From assembly GCA_026989355.1 (NCBI GenBank), contig JALSJM010000005.1, forward strand, positions 344,717 to 408,716: 64,000 nt of DNA. The letters run 5' to 3'. Shown piece by piece: positions 10,993 to 20,744 of the stretch. Every line of letters starts with the position of its first letter. Within the stretch, counting starts at the first letter, position 1. A program made the position numbers and the translations under genes. This DNA comes from Paracoccaceae bacterium (GTDB lineage: Bacteria; Pseudomonadota; Alphaproteobacteria; Rhodobacterales; Rhodobacteraceae). Below the pieces are notes generated by a model. That model was not told the origin of the DNA. It did no database searches and was given only the letters and a program-made list of their open reading frames with translations.

Positions 10993-11524
10993 CTTCGCCC
11001 TCACCCGAATCTGGTTGTTCCGGCTGCTGTTCGCCGCGATATGCGGCACGATCATCTTCTTTCAGTTGCTGCCGCTGAAAACTGCCCCCGGCGGATGGCC
11101 GGCCCCCGATCTTCTGCAGGCATTCACATGCGCATGGGTGCTGCGACGGCCCGATTATGTGCCGATCGTGCTGATTGCCGCTATCATGCTGCTGGCCGAC
11201 ATGCTGTTCCTGCGCCCCCCCGGCCTGCAGGCGGCACTGATGGTTGCCGCGGCCGAATTCCTGCGCCAGCGGATCCACATGACACGAGATCTGCCTTTCG
11301 GCGTTGAATGGGCGCTTGTTGCCACCGTCCTGACCGGGGTGGCGCTCGGGCAGCGCCTGATACTGCTCCTGCTTCTGGTCGAACGCCCGCCGCTCAGCCT
11401 TTTCCTGATGCAGCTTCTGGCAACGATCCTTGCATATCCCCTTGTCGTTTTTGTCTCACGTCATATTTTTGGCATAAGGCCGGCCGCACGCGGCAAGGTT
11501 GATACTCTGGGGCACAGGCCATGA
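10985..11524 (+). CDS. mreD: rod shape-determining protein MreD
   Basis: 179-aa polytopic membrane protein. It overlaps the mreC stop and the mrdA start, which is the canonical operon position. Confidence 0.8.
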   Translation: MVDFALTRIWLFRLLFAAICGTIIFFQLLPLKTAPGGWPAPDLLQAFTCAWVLRRPDYVPIVLIAAIMLLADMLFLRPPGLQAALMVAAAEFLRQRIHMTRDLPFGVEWALVATVLTGVALGQRLILLLLLVERPPLSLFLMQLLATILAYPLVVFVSRHIFGIRPAARGKVDTLGHRP

Positions 11525-13470
11525 AACGATCACCCAAGGATACGGCCGAAAGCCACCGGCGCATCGGTCGCCGTGCCCTGGTTCTCGGGGCCCTGCAGCT
11601 GGGCTTTGCCGGCGTTCTGGCTGCCCGCATGCGCTATCTTCAGGTGGAAAACGCCGATCAGTTCAGGCTGCTGGCCGATGAAAACCGGATCAACATCCGG
11701 CTGCTTCCCCCGGCGCGCGGGCTGATCTTCGATCGCCATGGCACACCGCTTGCGGTGAACGAGCAGAACTACCGGATCACCATCGTGCGCGAGGATGCGG
11801 GCGATGTGGAAATGGTGATCGACCGGCTGCAGAAGCTGATCCACCTTGACCCGGATGACCTGAAGAAATCCCTGAAGGAACTGCGGCAACGCAGCGCTTT
11901 CGTGCCCGTCACCCTGGCTGACAGGCTGACCTGGGAACAGGTATCCGAGGTGGCGGTGAACGCCCCCGTTCTGCCCGGCATCACCCCCGAGGTAGGGCTG
12001 ACCCGCCACTATCCGTTCGATACCGACTTCGCCCATGTGGTGGGTTATGTCGGCCCGGTCTCCGACTATGACCTGAAGAAGCTGGACGATCCCGATCCGC
12101 TGCTGCAGATCCCCCGCTTCCAGATCGGCAAATCCGGGGTCGAGGCAAAGCTTGAAAGGAAGTTGCGGGGCAAGGCCGGTATCAAGCGCATCGAGGTGAA
12201 CGCCCAGGGGCGGGTGATGCGCGAGATCGGCCGCCAGGAAAGCACCCCCGGCGCGGATGTTCAACTGACCGTGGACAGCAGCCTGCAGAACTATGTGCAG
12301 GCCCGCCTTGGTGGCGAAAGCGCCGCCGCCGTGGTGATCGACACGCATGACGGAGACCTGCTGGCGATCGGCTCGACCCCGGCCTTCGATCCCAACAAGT
12401 TCGTGACGGGGATCTCGGTTGCCGAATACAAGGCCCTGCTGGAAAACGAATACCGCCCACTGGCCAACAAGGCCGTTCAGGGCACCTATCCACCCGGCTC
12501 CACCTTCAAGATGGTCACGGCTCTTGCGGCACTCGAGGCCGGGGTCGTGGCCCCCGAGGAAACCGTCTATTGCCGCGGCTTCACCCGGGTGGGCGGGCGG
12601 CGGTTCCACTGCTGGAAACGGGCCGGACACGGCCATGTCGATCTTCTGGAATCGCTTCAGGAATCCTGCGATGTCTATTATTACGATCTGGCACAGCGTG
12701 TCGGGATCGAAAGGATCACCGCCATGGCCCGGCGGCTTGGTCTGGGCCGGCAGTATCCGATTCCGATGTCGGCGGTTGCCGAAGGGCTGACCCCGACCAA
12801 GGAATGGAAGCGCCTCAGGAAAGGGGCCGAATGGGTGATCGGGGATTCTCTCAACGCGGCAATCGGGCAGGGATTCGTTCTGGCTTCGCCGCTGCAGCTC
12901 GCGGTGATGACCGCACGCCTTGCCAGCGGCCGGCAGATCGAGCCGCGTCTGATCAAGTCCATAGATGGTATCGAAGCCCCCCGCGACAAACCCGCCCCTC
13001 TGGGCCTGAATGAAAACAATCTTCGGCGTATCCGTCAGGCCATGTTCGCCGTTTCCAACACCCGCAAGGGCACTGCCTATCGTTCGCGCATCGTGCTCGA
13101 CGGTCTGCGCCTGGCCGGCAAGACCGGCACCAGTCAGGTGCGCAACATCACCAAGGCCGAACGCGCCCGCGGCGTGGTGCGCAACGAGGATCTGCCCTGG
13201 AACCGGCGCGACCACGCCCTGTTCGTTTCCTTCGCCCCCCATGACAGGCCGCGGATAGCGGTGGCGGTTGTTGTCGAACACGGGGGCGGGGGCTCGAAGG
13301 CGGCGGCACCGATCGCGCGCGACATCGTGCTGCGCGCCCTGACCGGAGACATGCCCCCGCTTGACGCTTATCCTCGGACAGATCGCCAGCGGATCGCCGA
13401 GGAACAGAAAAGGCTGAAGCCGAAACTGCGCCGCCCGCGCGGCGTGGAAAGCGGCAGGGATCGGGCATGA
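11521..13470 (+). CDS. mrdA: penicillin-binding protein 2 (elongasome transpeptidase)
   Basis: 649 aa. It has a PBP dimerisation domain plus a transpeptidase domain with STFK, SxN-like and KTGT motifs (PPGSTFKMVT ... GKTGTSQV). Confidence 0.9.
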   Translation: MKRSPKDTAESHRRIGRRALVLGALQLGFAGVLAARMRYLQVENADQFRLLADENRINIRLLPPARGLIFDRHGTPLAVNEQNYRITIVREDAGDVEMVIDRLQKLIHLDPDDLKKSLKELRQRSAFVPVTLADRLTWEQVSEVAVNAPVLPGITPEVGLTRHYPFDTDFAHVVGYVGPVSDYDLKKLDDPDPLLQIPRFQIGKSGVEAKLERKLRGKAGIKRIEVNAQGRVMREIGRQESTPGADVQLTVDSSLQNYVQARLGGESAAAVVIDTHDGDLLAIGSTPAFDPNKFVTGISVAEYKALLENEYRPLANKAVQGTYPPGSTFKMVTALAALEAGVVAPEETVYCRGFTRVGGRRFHCWKRAGHGHVDLLESLQESCDVYYYDLAQRVGIERITAMARRLGLGRQYPIPMSAVAEGLTPTKEWKRLRKGAEWVIGDSLNAAIGQGFVLASPLQLAVMTARLASGRQIEPRLIKSIDGIEAPRDKPAPLGLNENNLRRIRQAMFAVSNTRKGTAYRSRIVLDGLRLAGKTGTSQVRNITKAERARGVVRNEDLPWNRRDHALFVSFAPHDRPRIAVAVVVEHGGGGSKAAAPIARDIVLRALTGDMPPLDAYPRTDRQRIAEEQKRLKPKLRRPRGVESGRDRA

Positions 13471-14606
13471 GTTATCTCGAATACAATGTGAAACGGGCGC
13501 CTGCAGGCCTGCGAAAGCTGCTTTATCTCAACTGGGCGCTGATCGTGCTGGTGGCAACGGTCAGCAGTGTCGGTTTCCTGATGCTCTATGCGGTGGCCGG
13601 CGGTTCGCTGACGCCATGGGTCGAGCCGCAGATGAAGCGTTTTGCCCTTGGCATGGGCGCGATGCTGTTCATCGCAATGGTGCCGATCTGGTTCTGGCGC
13701 AACATGGCCGGGGTCGCCTATGGCGCATCTCTGCTGCTGCTGATCCTTGTGGAGATCATCGGCGACGTGGGCATGGGTGCGCGGCGCTGGATCGATCTCG
13801 GGTTCATCCGTCTGCAGCCTTCGGAAATGGCGAAGATCACCATGGTGATGATGCTCGCCGCCTATTACGACTGGCTCGACATCCGGAAGGTTTCGCGTCC
13901 GTTCTGGGTTCTGGTGCCGCTGGTCATCATTCTGCTGCCAACCTTTCTGGTCTTGCGCCAGCCCGATCTGGGCACCGCCATCCTGCTGGTGGCGGGCGGG
14001 GGCATCGTGATGTTTCTGGCCGGGGTCAGCCTGTGGTATTTCGGTGCACTGGGCGCATTGGGCATCGCGCTGGTCACGGCGGTGTTCCAGTCGCGCGGCA
14101 CCTCGTGGCAATTGCTGAAGGATTACCAGTATCGCCGGATCGATACCTTTCTTGACCCAAGCATAGACCCCCTGGGGCAGGGCTATCACATCACCCAGTC
14201 GAAGATCGCGCTCGGTTCGGGGGGGTGGTCGGGCCGCGGTTTCATGCAGGGCACGCAGACGCGGCTCAACTTCCTGCCCGAAAAGCATACCGATTTCATC
14301 TTCACCACCCTGGCCGAAGATTTCGGTTTCATCGGCGGCATGGTGCTGCTGGGCCTCTATCTGCTCATTCTCGGATTCTGCTTTTATACCGGGCTGAAAA
14401 CCCGGGATCGTTTCGCTTCGCTGGCAACTCTGGGCATCGCCGCCACCTTCTTCCTGTTCTTCGCGGTCAACATGTCGATGGTGATGGGGCTGGCGCCGGT
14501 GGTCGGGGTGCCGCTACCACTGGTATCCTATGGCGGATCGGCGATGCTGGTGCTGCTGGCCGCCTTCGGTCTGGTGCAAAGCGCCAACGTGCACCGCCCG
14601 CGCTGA
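13467..14606 (+). CDS. rodA: peptidoglycan glycosyltransferase RodA (SEDS family)
   Basis: 379-aa polytopic membrane protein. Motifs: QPSEMAKI, RQPDLGTA, PEKHTDFIF and VGVPLPLVSYGGS. Confidence 0.9.
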   Translation: MSYLEYNVKRAPAGLRKLLYLNWALIVLVATVSSVGFLMLYAVAGGSLTPWVEPQMKRFALGMGAMLFIAMVPIWFWRNMAGVAYGASLLLLILVEIIGDVGMGARRWIDLGFIRLQPSEMAKITMVMMLAAYYDWLDIRKVSRPFWVLVPLVIILLPTFLVLRQPDLGTAILLVAGGGIVMFLAGVSLWYFGALGALGIALVTAVFQSRGTSWQLLKDYQYRRIDTFLDPSIDPLGQGYHITQSKIALGSGGWSGRGFMQGTQTRLNFLPEKHTDFIFTTLAEDFGFIGGMVLLGLYLLILGFCFYTGLKTRDRFASLATLGIAATFFLFFAVNMSMVMGLAPVVGVPLPLVSYGGSAMLVLLAAFGLVQSANVHRPR

Positions 14607-14637
14607 AGCAGCTGCCTCGGAAAGGAGCATCCGTTCC

Positions 14638-15570
14638 ATGATCCAGATCCTTCTTTCCGCCTCTCCCGCCTGCCGGGCACGCTATGAAGCCCCCCTGCGG
14701 CGGGCTCTTGACGCGGCCGGGCTGAGGCACGTGCTGTTCAGCGAATGCGACGATCCCGCAAGCGTCGATTACATCGTCTTTGCGCCGGGCGGCCCGGTTA
14801 CGGATTTCTCTCCCTTCCGCCGGGCGAAGGCCGTGCTGAGCCTCTGGGCCGGGGTCGAAAGGATCGTCAGCAACCCGACACTCACCCAGCCGCTGATCCG
14901 CATGGTCAACCCCGGGATGACGGAAGGCATGGTCGAATGGGTGACCGGCCATGTCCTGCGCCACCATCTGGGAACGGATGCGCATGTCTGTCGCAAGACC
15001 CCAGAATGGAACCCGATCATTCCGCCACTGGCCCGGGAACGCCGTGTTTCGGTGCTGGGCCTCGGCATCCTGGGAAGTGCCTGCGCAAGGGCTCTGGCCG
15101 CACTCAATTTCGATGTTGCGGGCTGGAGCAGAAGCGCGAAAACCATTGCACGGGTCAGATGCCTGCATGGCGATGCCGGACTGACAGAGGCACTTGAGCG
15201 CGCCGATATCCTTGTGCTGCTTCTGCCCCTTACCAGCGAAACGGAAAACCTTCTGAATGCCCGACGCCTGGCCCTGCTGCCGCGGGGGGCGGTGATCGTC
15301 AACCCCGGCCGCGGGCCTCTGATCGATGACGATGCCCTGCTGGCGGCCCTTGATCGCGGACACCTCGGCCACGCCACGCTTGATGTGTTCCGCCGCGAAC
15401 CCCTGCCCGGAGATCATCCGTTCTGGCACCACCCCAGGGTAACGGTCACTCCGCATGTGGCCTCGGACAGCCGACCGGAACATGCCGCCCGCGCCATCGC
15501 CGAAAACATCCGGCGCGGCGAGCGGGGAAAGCCTTTCCGCGATCTGGTGGACCGCACGGCAGGGTATTGA
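14638..15570 (+). CDS. D-isomer-specific 2-hydroxyacid dehydrogenase (glyoxylate/hydroxypyruvate reductase A-like)
   Basis: ORF 14530..15570, with the start placed at ATG 14638 after AAAGGAG. It has the NAD-binding motif VLGLGILGSACA and the catalytic-region motif LDVFRREPLPGDHPFW...TPHVAS. Confidence 0.8.
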   Translation: MIQILLSASPACRARYEAPLRRALDAAGLRHVLFSECDDPASVDYIVFAPGGPVTDFSPFRRAKAVLSLWAGVERIVSNPTLTQPLIRMVNPGMTEGMVEWVTGHVLRHHLGTDAHVCRKTPEWNPIIPPLARERRVSVLGLGILGSACARALAALNFDVAGWSRSAKTIARVRCLHGDAGLTEALERADILVLLLPLTSETENLLNARRLALLPRGAVIVNPGRGPLIDDDALLAALDRGHLGHATLDVFRREPLPGDHPFWHHPRVTVTPHVASDSRPEHAARAIAENIRRGERGKPFRDLVDRTAGY

Positions 15571-15594
15571 GGCCAGGGCCCGACACACCCGGAA

Positions 15595-16413
15595 TCATCG
15601 CAGCTTCGGCGGGACGGAGGGGCAGGTTTCGGAATCCGGCAGGGATATCCGGCGGGCCTCGGGCATGGAAAGATCAAACCGCAGCGCCCAATGCTCGAAA
15701 CGCGCGCATACCGGATCGTCGGCGGCAAGAAAAAGAACGTCCAGTTCCGGTGCACCGCTCTCCCCCTTCCGGTCGCTGCCACCGCCGCCCGACAATACGA
15801 CAGCCTCATGCACCGCGCGGGTCAGCGCGGTCTCTCCGGCCGGGTGGGCCTCGACGAAAACCAGCATGTGGCCGCGTCGGCCATCATCCCGGACAACTCC
15901 GGCCAGCAACGCCGATCGTGCCAACCCCGCCGCTGCCGCCAGTGTTTCCCCGAGTGCCTGTATCAACGCGCCGGACAGCCCTGCCGGCGGCAGGATCCTC
16001 TGCACCCGGCCAGCGATCTGCACCGGTTCTTCGGCCAGGATGCCCGCCAGCCAGTCCAGCGCGCCGGGCGGCACAAGCCAGGCCGAATCCGCCACTCCGG
16101 GGTTGAGCACAACCCCTACCCCCTGCCCCGCCAGCATCGCGGCCAGCCCCCGCCCCGACAGGGCCACATGGGGAGAGGGGCGACTGATGAAGGCTGCCAG
16201 CCGTTCATCCCGGTCAAAGGCGATCACGTAACGCCCGCCTTCGGCCTCAAGCAGCAGCGGCGCGATCCTGCCGCCCCTGGCCTCATGCTCCAGAAGAACA
16301 AACAGTTCGCTTGCCGCGAAATGGCGGAAATAGCGCAGCCGGGCCTCGGCGTCATCCTCATTCGCACACATCGCGGCATGGGCGCGATCAAGCGGGGTGG
16401 AAATGCCCTTCAT
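15595..16413 (-). CDS. SseB-family protein (uncharacterised)
   Basis: ORF 15595..16683, with the start placed at the internal ATG (MKGISTPLDRA) that overlaps the upstream gene's stop (ATGA). It resembles SseB-family proteins as I remember them (ELFVLLE...YVIAFDRDERLAAF). Not searched. Confidence 0.55.
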   Translation of the reverse strand: MKGISTPLDRAHAAMCANEDDAEARLRYFRHFAASELFVLLEHEARGGRIAPLLLEAEGGRYVIAFDRDERLAAFISRPSPHVALSGRGLAAMLAGQGVGVVLNPGVADSAWLVPPGALDWLAGILAEEPVQIAGRVQRILPPAGLSGALIQALGETLAAAAGLARSALLAGVVRDDGRRGHMLVFVEAHPAGETALTRAVHEAVVLSGGGGSDRKGESGAPELDVLFLAADDPVCARFEHWALRFDLSMPEARRISLPDSETCPSVPPKLR

Positions 16414-17003
16414 TGCAGAACCTCGGCCACCCGGGCACGCAACTGCGGAAGCAGATCTTCCGCAAACCACGGGTTTTTCCTCAACCAGGCCGTATTGCGC
16501 CACGACGGATGCGGCAACGGAAACAGGCCGGGCGCAAAGGCCCGCCAGTTGCGCACGGTTTCGCTGACCCTGCCCCCGGCCTGCCGGCCGAGATGCCACC
16601 TGTGCGCATATCCCCCGACCAGCACCCGCAGGGGGATCCGGCCAAGCGCGGCCATCACCCGTGCATGCCAGGTTTCGCTGCACTGCACCGGCGGCGGCAG
16701 GTCCGAACCCCTGTCATCATACCCCGGAAAACAGAATGCCATGGGCACGATGGCAATCCGTTTCCTGTCATAGAACAGGTCGCGGCCGATCCCCAGCCAT
16801 TCGCGCAGCCTGTCACCGGACGGATCATCGAACGGACGGCCCGAGTCATGCACCCGCCTGCCCGGCGCCTGACCGGCGATCAGGATACGCGCGCCCGGGC
16901 GGAACCACACGACCGGACGCGGCGCATGAGCGGTGGCGGTTTCGCCGAAACGGGCGGCGCACAGGCGGCAGGCCCGGATTTCCCTGACAAGAGTATCGTC
17001 CAT
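16410..17003 (-). CDS. uracil-DNA glycosylase superfamily protein
   Basis: 197 aa. CRLCAARF ... ILIAGQAPG ... FPGYD ... LPHPSWRN matches the UDG-fold motifs (GQAPG and HPS). Confidence 0.75.
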   Translation of the reverse strand: MDDTLVREIRACRLCAARFGETATAHAPRPVVWFRPGARILIAGQAPGRRVHDSGRPFDDPSGDRLREWLGIGRDLFYDRKRIAIVPMAFCFPGYDDRGSDLPPPVQCSETWHARVMAALGRIPLRVLVGGYAHRWHLGRQAGGRVSETVRNWRAFAPGLFPLPHPSWRNTAWLRKNPWFAEDLLPQLRARVAEVLQ

Positions 17004-17044
17004 GCCACCTCATACCCCGTATCGGGCAGGACAGGCAAAGGGAG

Positions 17045-17086
17045 ATGCAATAAACTGCTTGCATATTTCGATTGTTTTAGAAATAT
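17045..17086. promoter_or_regulatory. two abutting inverted repeats in AT-rich DNA immediately upstream of the ArsR-family gene (candidate operator)
   Basis: ATGCAA-N8-TTGCAT lies at 17045-17064 and ATATTTC-N10-GAAATAT at 17063-17086. The second ends 6 nt before the ATG at 17093. Confidence 0.45.
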
Positions 17087-17092
17087 GGAAGC

Positions 17093-17470
17093 ATGAAACC
17101 GGATCAACTGCACGACATCACCCTTGAAACCGCCGCCTATCGTTTTGCGGCGCTTGGCTCGGAACCGCGGCTGAACGTGCTGCGCTGCATCGTGCGCGCC
17201 GGCCCCGAAGGCCTTTCGATCGGCGAACTCGGTGTGCAGGCCGGGCTGCGCGGCGCCACACTTACCCATCACGTGAAGATCCTCGAACAGGCCGGGCTGA
17301 TCCGGCGCAGCCGCAAGGGGCGTTCGGTCATCTGTGCGGCACCTTCACTGGGCGAAATCGAAAGCCTTGCACATTTCCTGATCTGCCAGTGCGCGCCACA
17401 GGCACATGCGGCAACGCTTCCCCTGAAAGACACGCCCCCCTCCGAAAACATGGAAGGAAACACCCCATGA
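17093..17470 (+). CDS. ArsR/SmtB family transcriptional regulator
   Basis: 125 aa. FAALGSEPRLNVLRCIVRAGPEGLSIGELGVQAGLRGATLTHHVKILEQAGLIRRSRKGRSV is a winged HTH of ArsR type. Confidence 0.85.
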   Translation: MKPDQLHDITLETAAYRFAALGSEPRLNVLRCIVRAGPEGLSIGELGVQAGLRGATLTHHVKILEQAGLIRRSRKGRSVICAAPSLGEIESLAHFLICQCAPQAHAATLPLKDTPPSENMEGNTP

Positions 17471-18570
17471 GCAGCTGCGGTTCGGGTGGAAAGACCCATG
17501 CCCATGCCCATGCATCGGGAGCATTCCCGAACCGGCCTGATCGCATCTGGCTGCTGATCGCGGCAATCCCGATGTTGCTCGTAATTTTCGATTCCGCAGC
17601 CACATTGCCGGTGGTGCGGGGCGCATTGGCCACCTTCCTCGACACGCTTCCCTTCATCGCCTTCGCCGTGATCGCCGTGGCCTGGCTCAAGGCCTCGGGG
17701 GCAGATGCCCTGATGGCGCGGGCCTTCGAGGGGCGCGAGGGGCGCATGATCCTTTTCGCGGCCGCCATGGGGGCTCTGGTGCCATTCTGCTCCTGCGAGG
17801 TGATCCCTTTCGTGGCCGCCCTGCTTGCCGTCGGCGCGCCGGTGGCTGCAGTGATGGCCTTTCTCCTCTCCGCGCCCCTGATGGATCCGGCGATGTTCTT
17901 CATCACGGCGGGCACGCTGGGGGCGGATTTTGCCGTCATGAAGCTGGCGGCGGCAGTGGTGATCGGCATCGGAGGCGGCTGGATGTTCCGTGTACTGGCA
18001 AAAAGCCGTCTGCTGGCCACTCCCCTGCGCAGCAATCCGGCAGCTGCAACATGCGGCAGCTCCTCCGACACGGGCACCGGCAAAGGCTGCGGCTGCAGCG
18101 CGGCGCCGGCAGCCCTTGCCGGGCAGGGCAGCAAGCCCCGGCTGGCCTTCTGGCACATTCCCGACAGTCGGCGCGTTTTCCGGGATCAGCTTCTCGAAAA
18201 CGCGATCTTCCTGACCAAATGGCTGCTTTTCGCCTTCCTTCTGGAACAGCTGGTTACCCGTTATGTTCCGGCCTCCTGGATTTCCTCTCTTCTGGGCGGG
18301 GAAGGCGCCGGGCCGATCCTGCTGGCCACCCTCATCGGCGGCCCCGCCTATATCAATGGCTATGCAGCCATTCCGCTGGTGAATTCCCTTCTCGAACAGG
18401 GCATGAGCAACGGGGCGGCAATGTCTTTCGTGATTGCGGGCGGAGTAAGCTGTGTGCCCACTGCCGTGGCCATCTGGGGAATGGTCAGGCCCCCCGTATT
18501 TGCGCTTTACGTAGGCGTGGCCACCGTGGGCGCCATTCTTGCAGGCTTCCTGTGGCAGGCCATCGCCTGA
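17467..18570 (+). CDS. COG0701-type permease (ArsP / metal-efflux-like)
   Basis: The start ATG at 17467 overlaps the arsR stop (ATGA). The N-terminus is Cys/His-rich (MSSCGSGGKTHAHAHAS). The protein is polytopic, with an intramembrane FCSCEVIPF motif. Confidence 0.7.
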   Translation: MSSCGSGGKTHAHAHASGAFPNRPDRIWLLIAAIPMLLVIFDSAATLPVVRGALATFLDTLPFIAFAVIAVAWLKASGADALMARAFEGREGRMILFAAAMGALVPFCSCEVIPFVAALLAVGAPVAAVMAFLLSAPLMDPAMFFITAGTLGADFAVMKLAAAVVIGIGGGWMFRVLAKSRLLATPLRSNPAAATCGSSSDTGTGKGCGCSAAPAALAGQGSKPRLAFWHIPDSRRVFRDQLLENAIFLTKWLLFAFLLEQLVTRYVPASWISSLLGGEGAGPILLATLIGGPAYINGYAAIPLVNSLLEQGMSNGAAMSFVIAGGVSCVPTAVAIWGMVRPPVFALYVGVATVGAILAGFLWQAIA

Positions 18571-18666
18571 CCGCCCATCACCGGATTTCCCGCTATCGGT
18601 TGTCGCCGCCTTCGGCTTGCGTTATTGGGGCAGGAACCCCAGAGCACAAAGAAACGGGCAGCCACC

Positions 18667-19929
18667 ATGTATCGCGTCTGGAATTTCGTTGCATCCTATT
18701 CGCTGTTGCTCATTTTCGGCGCCGTGGCGGCATTGATCTGGGCCAATATCGATCCGCACGGCTATCACGCCTTCGTGGATTATCCTCTTCTTGAAAACCG
18801 CTGGGTGGGCAAGCTTGAATATGGCGATGGCGATGGCAGCTATCGGGTGCTGACGCTTCATTACCTTGTCAATGACATGCTCATGGCCTTCTTCTTTGCC
18901 ATTGCGGCAAAAGAAGTGTGGGAAGCGGTGATCCTGAAAAACGGCGCGCTGCGGGGCAGAAAGGCCGCGACACCGCTGATCGCAACGCTGGGCGGCATGA
19001 TGGGGCCGATTGCCGTTTATCTTGGCATGGCAGTGCTGTTCTGGCCAATGAAGTTTCCCGAAGTGGCAAATGGCTGGGCGATTCCGACGGCAACCGACAT
19101 CGCCTTTTCATATCTTGTCGGACGAATCGTTTTCGGTGCCGGGCACCCCGCCGTGCGCTTTCTGCTGCTGCTGGCAATCGCCGACGATGCCGCCGGCCTG
19201 CTGATCCTTGCGATCTTCTATCCCTCGGGTGATCTGGCCCCCGAATGGCTGCTGCTGTCTGTGGGCGCTGCAATCACGGTCTATCTGCTGTTCAACATGC
19301 TGCCGCGCCGACTGGACCGCGGCAATCAGCTGCGCCCGATCTCGACCTGGGTGCGCAGATATCTGTCTTTCTGGCCCTATGCGATCGCCGGCGCCGCAAG
19401 CTGGTACGGCTTCCAGGAAAGCGGCCTGCACCCGGCACTGGGTCTGCTGCCCATCGTGCTCGCCGTTCCCCATGCCGACCACGCCTTCGGCATGTTTGCA
19501 GAGGCCGAACAATACCTGTCCGACCTTCTGAACGACATCGAACACAAGCTGAAATACCCGGTTGAAGTGATCCTTTTCTTTTTCGGGCTGGCCAATGCGG
19601 GGGTTGAATTCTCGGCCATGGGCGCACCCACCTGGCTGGTGCTGGCCGGGCTTCTGATCGGCAAACCGCTGGGGATCGCACTGTTCGGCTGGTTCGCAGC
19701 CGGCCCGATGCGCCTTGGCCTGCCGGTGGGAATGCGCACCATCGATCTGGTGGTGGTCGGCTGTGTGGCCGCGATCGGCTTTACCGTGGCACTGTTCGTG
19801 GCCTCGGTGGCCTTCGAACCGGGAAGCATACAGGATGCCGCAAAAATGGGGGCATTGATGAGCTTCGGGGCGGCGCTGGTTTCGATCATTGCCGGCAAAC
19901 TGTTCAGGGTGGAAAAGCAGAACATCTGA
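18667..19929 (+). CDS. nhaA: Na+/H+ antiporter NhaA
   Basis: WAIPTATDIAFSYLV ... LLLLAIADDAAG are hallmark NhaA motifs. The start is placed at the internal ATG (MYRVWNF). Confidence 0.9.
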   Translation: MYRVWNFVASYSLLLIFGAVAALIWANIDPHGYHAFVDYPLLENRWVGKLEYGDGDGSYRVLTLHYLVNDMLMAFFFAIAAKEVWEAVILKNGALRGRKAATPLIATLGGMMGPIAVYLGMAVLFWPMKFPEVANGWAIPTATDIAFSYLVGRIVFGAGHPAVRFLLLLAIADDAAGLLILAIFYPSGDLAPEWLLLSVGAAITVYLLFNMLPRRLDRGNQLRPISTWVRRYLSFWPYAIAGAASWYGFQESGLHPALGLLPIVLAVPHADHAFGMFAEAEQYLSDLLNDIEHKLKYPVEVILFFFGLANAGVEFSAMGAPTWLVLAGLLIGKPLGIALFGWFAAGPMRLGLPVGMRTIDLVVVGCVAAIGFTVALFVASVAFEPGSIQDAAKMGALMSFGAALVSIIAGKLFRVEKQNI

Positions 19930-20084
19930 CCACCGCTGCATCACGGTCAGGGCCTCGGCAGGAAAACTTGTGTATTTTCAGGGCCGGCGGCCCTATTATC
20001 GCCTCATATCTCCTCGAAAAAGAGGGAGAGTTGTTAACCATATGGCGCTAGACGCGACGACGAGGCGAAAGCGGAGCAGCCCGT

Positions 20085-20744
20085 ATGCTCGAATTTTCGA
20101 ACGTGAGCAAGTCGTTCTGGACAGGACAGCAGCGCAAGGTGATCCTTGACCGCGCATCCTTTCGGGTGGAACTGGGAAATTCGCTCGGCATTCTGGCTGC
20201 AAACGGCACCGGCAAGACCACGCTGATCAACATGATGGCCGGGCTCGAGAAACCGGACGAGGGCGAGATCCGCAAGAATTGCCGGGTATCCTTTCCGCTG
20301 GGTTTCATGGGCGGCGTGGTGCCCAAGCACACGGGGATGGAAAACGCCCGCTTCATCGCCCGGCTTTACGGCCTTGACCCGGACTATGTCGAGGCCTTCT
20401 CGCGCTGGATATGCGACATCGACGAATATTTCGACATGCCGGTCGCCACCTACAGCCAGGGGATGAAGGCGCGTTTCAGCTTTTCGCTGATGCTGGCGAT
20501 GGATTTCGACATCTACCTGATCGACGAAGGGATGCCTTCGACCACGGATGTGGAGTTCAACCGCAAGGCCGGGGAAATCCTGCAGGAACGCCTGAAGACG
20601 ACAACCGTGGTGATCGTGTCGCACAAACCGAAGGTGCTTGAGAAATTCTGCCGCTCGGCCGCCGTGCTGCGCGATGGAAAACTGCACTTTTTCGATACCC
20701 TCGAAGAGGCAAGAAGGCTTTATGACTATGAAACCCAGGGCTAG
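20085..20744 (+). CDS. kpsT: capsule polysaccharide export ABC transporter ATP-binding protein (KpsT-like)
   Basis: 219 aa. It has Walker A (ANGTGKTT), signature (YSQGMKARF) and Walker B (IYLIDEG) motifs. Size and layout fit the ABC-2 polysaccharide exporter ATPases. Confidence 0.75.
   Translation: MLEFSNVSKSFWTGQQRKVILDRASFRVELGNSLGILAANGTGKTTLINMMAGLEKPDEGEIRKNCRVSFPLGFMGGVVPKHTGMENARFIARLYGLDPDYVEAFSRWICDIDEYFDMPVATYSQGMKARFSFSLMLAMDFDIYLIDEGMPSTTDVEFNRKAGEILQERLKTTTVVIVSHKPKVLEKFCRSAAVLRDGKLHFFDTLEEARRLYDYETQG

Noticed and set aside
19980-19994. A short hairpin AGGGCC-GGC-GGCCCT after nhaA, considered as an intrinsic terminator.
   Set aside because: The stem is only 6 bp and is followed by ATTATCGCC rather than a U-run. 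It is not convincing as a terminator.
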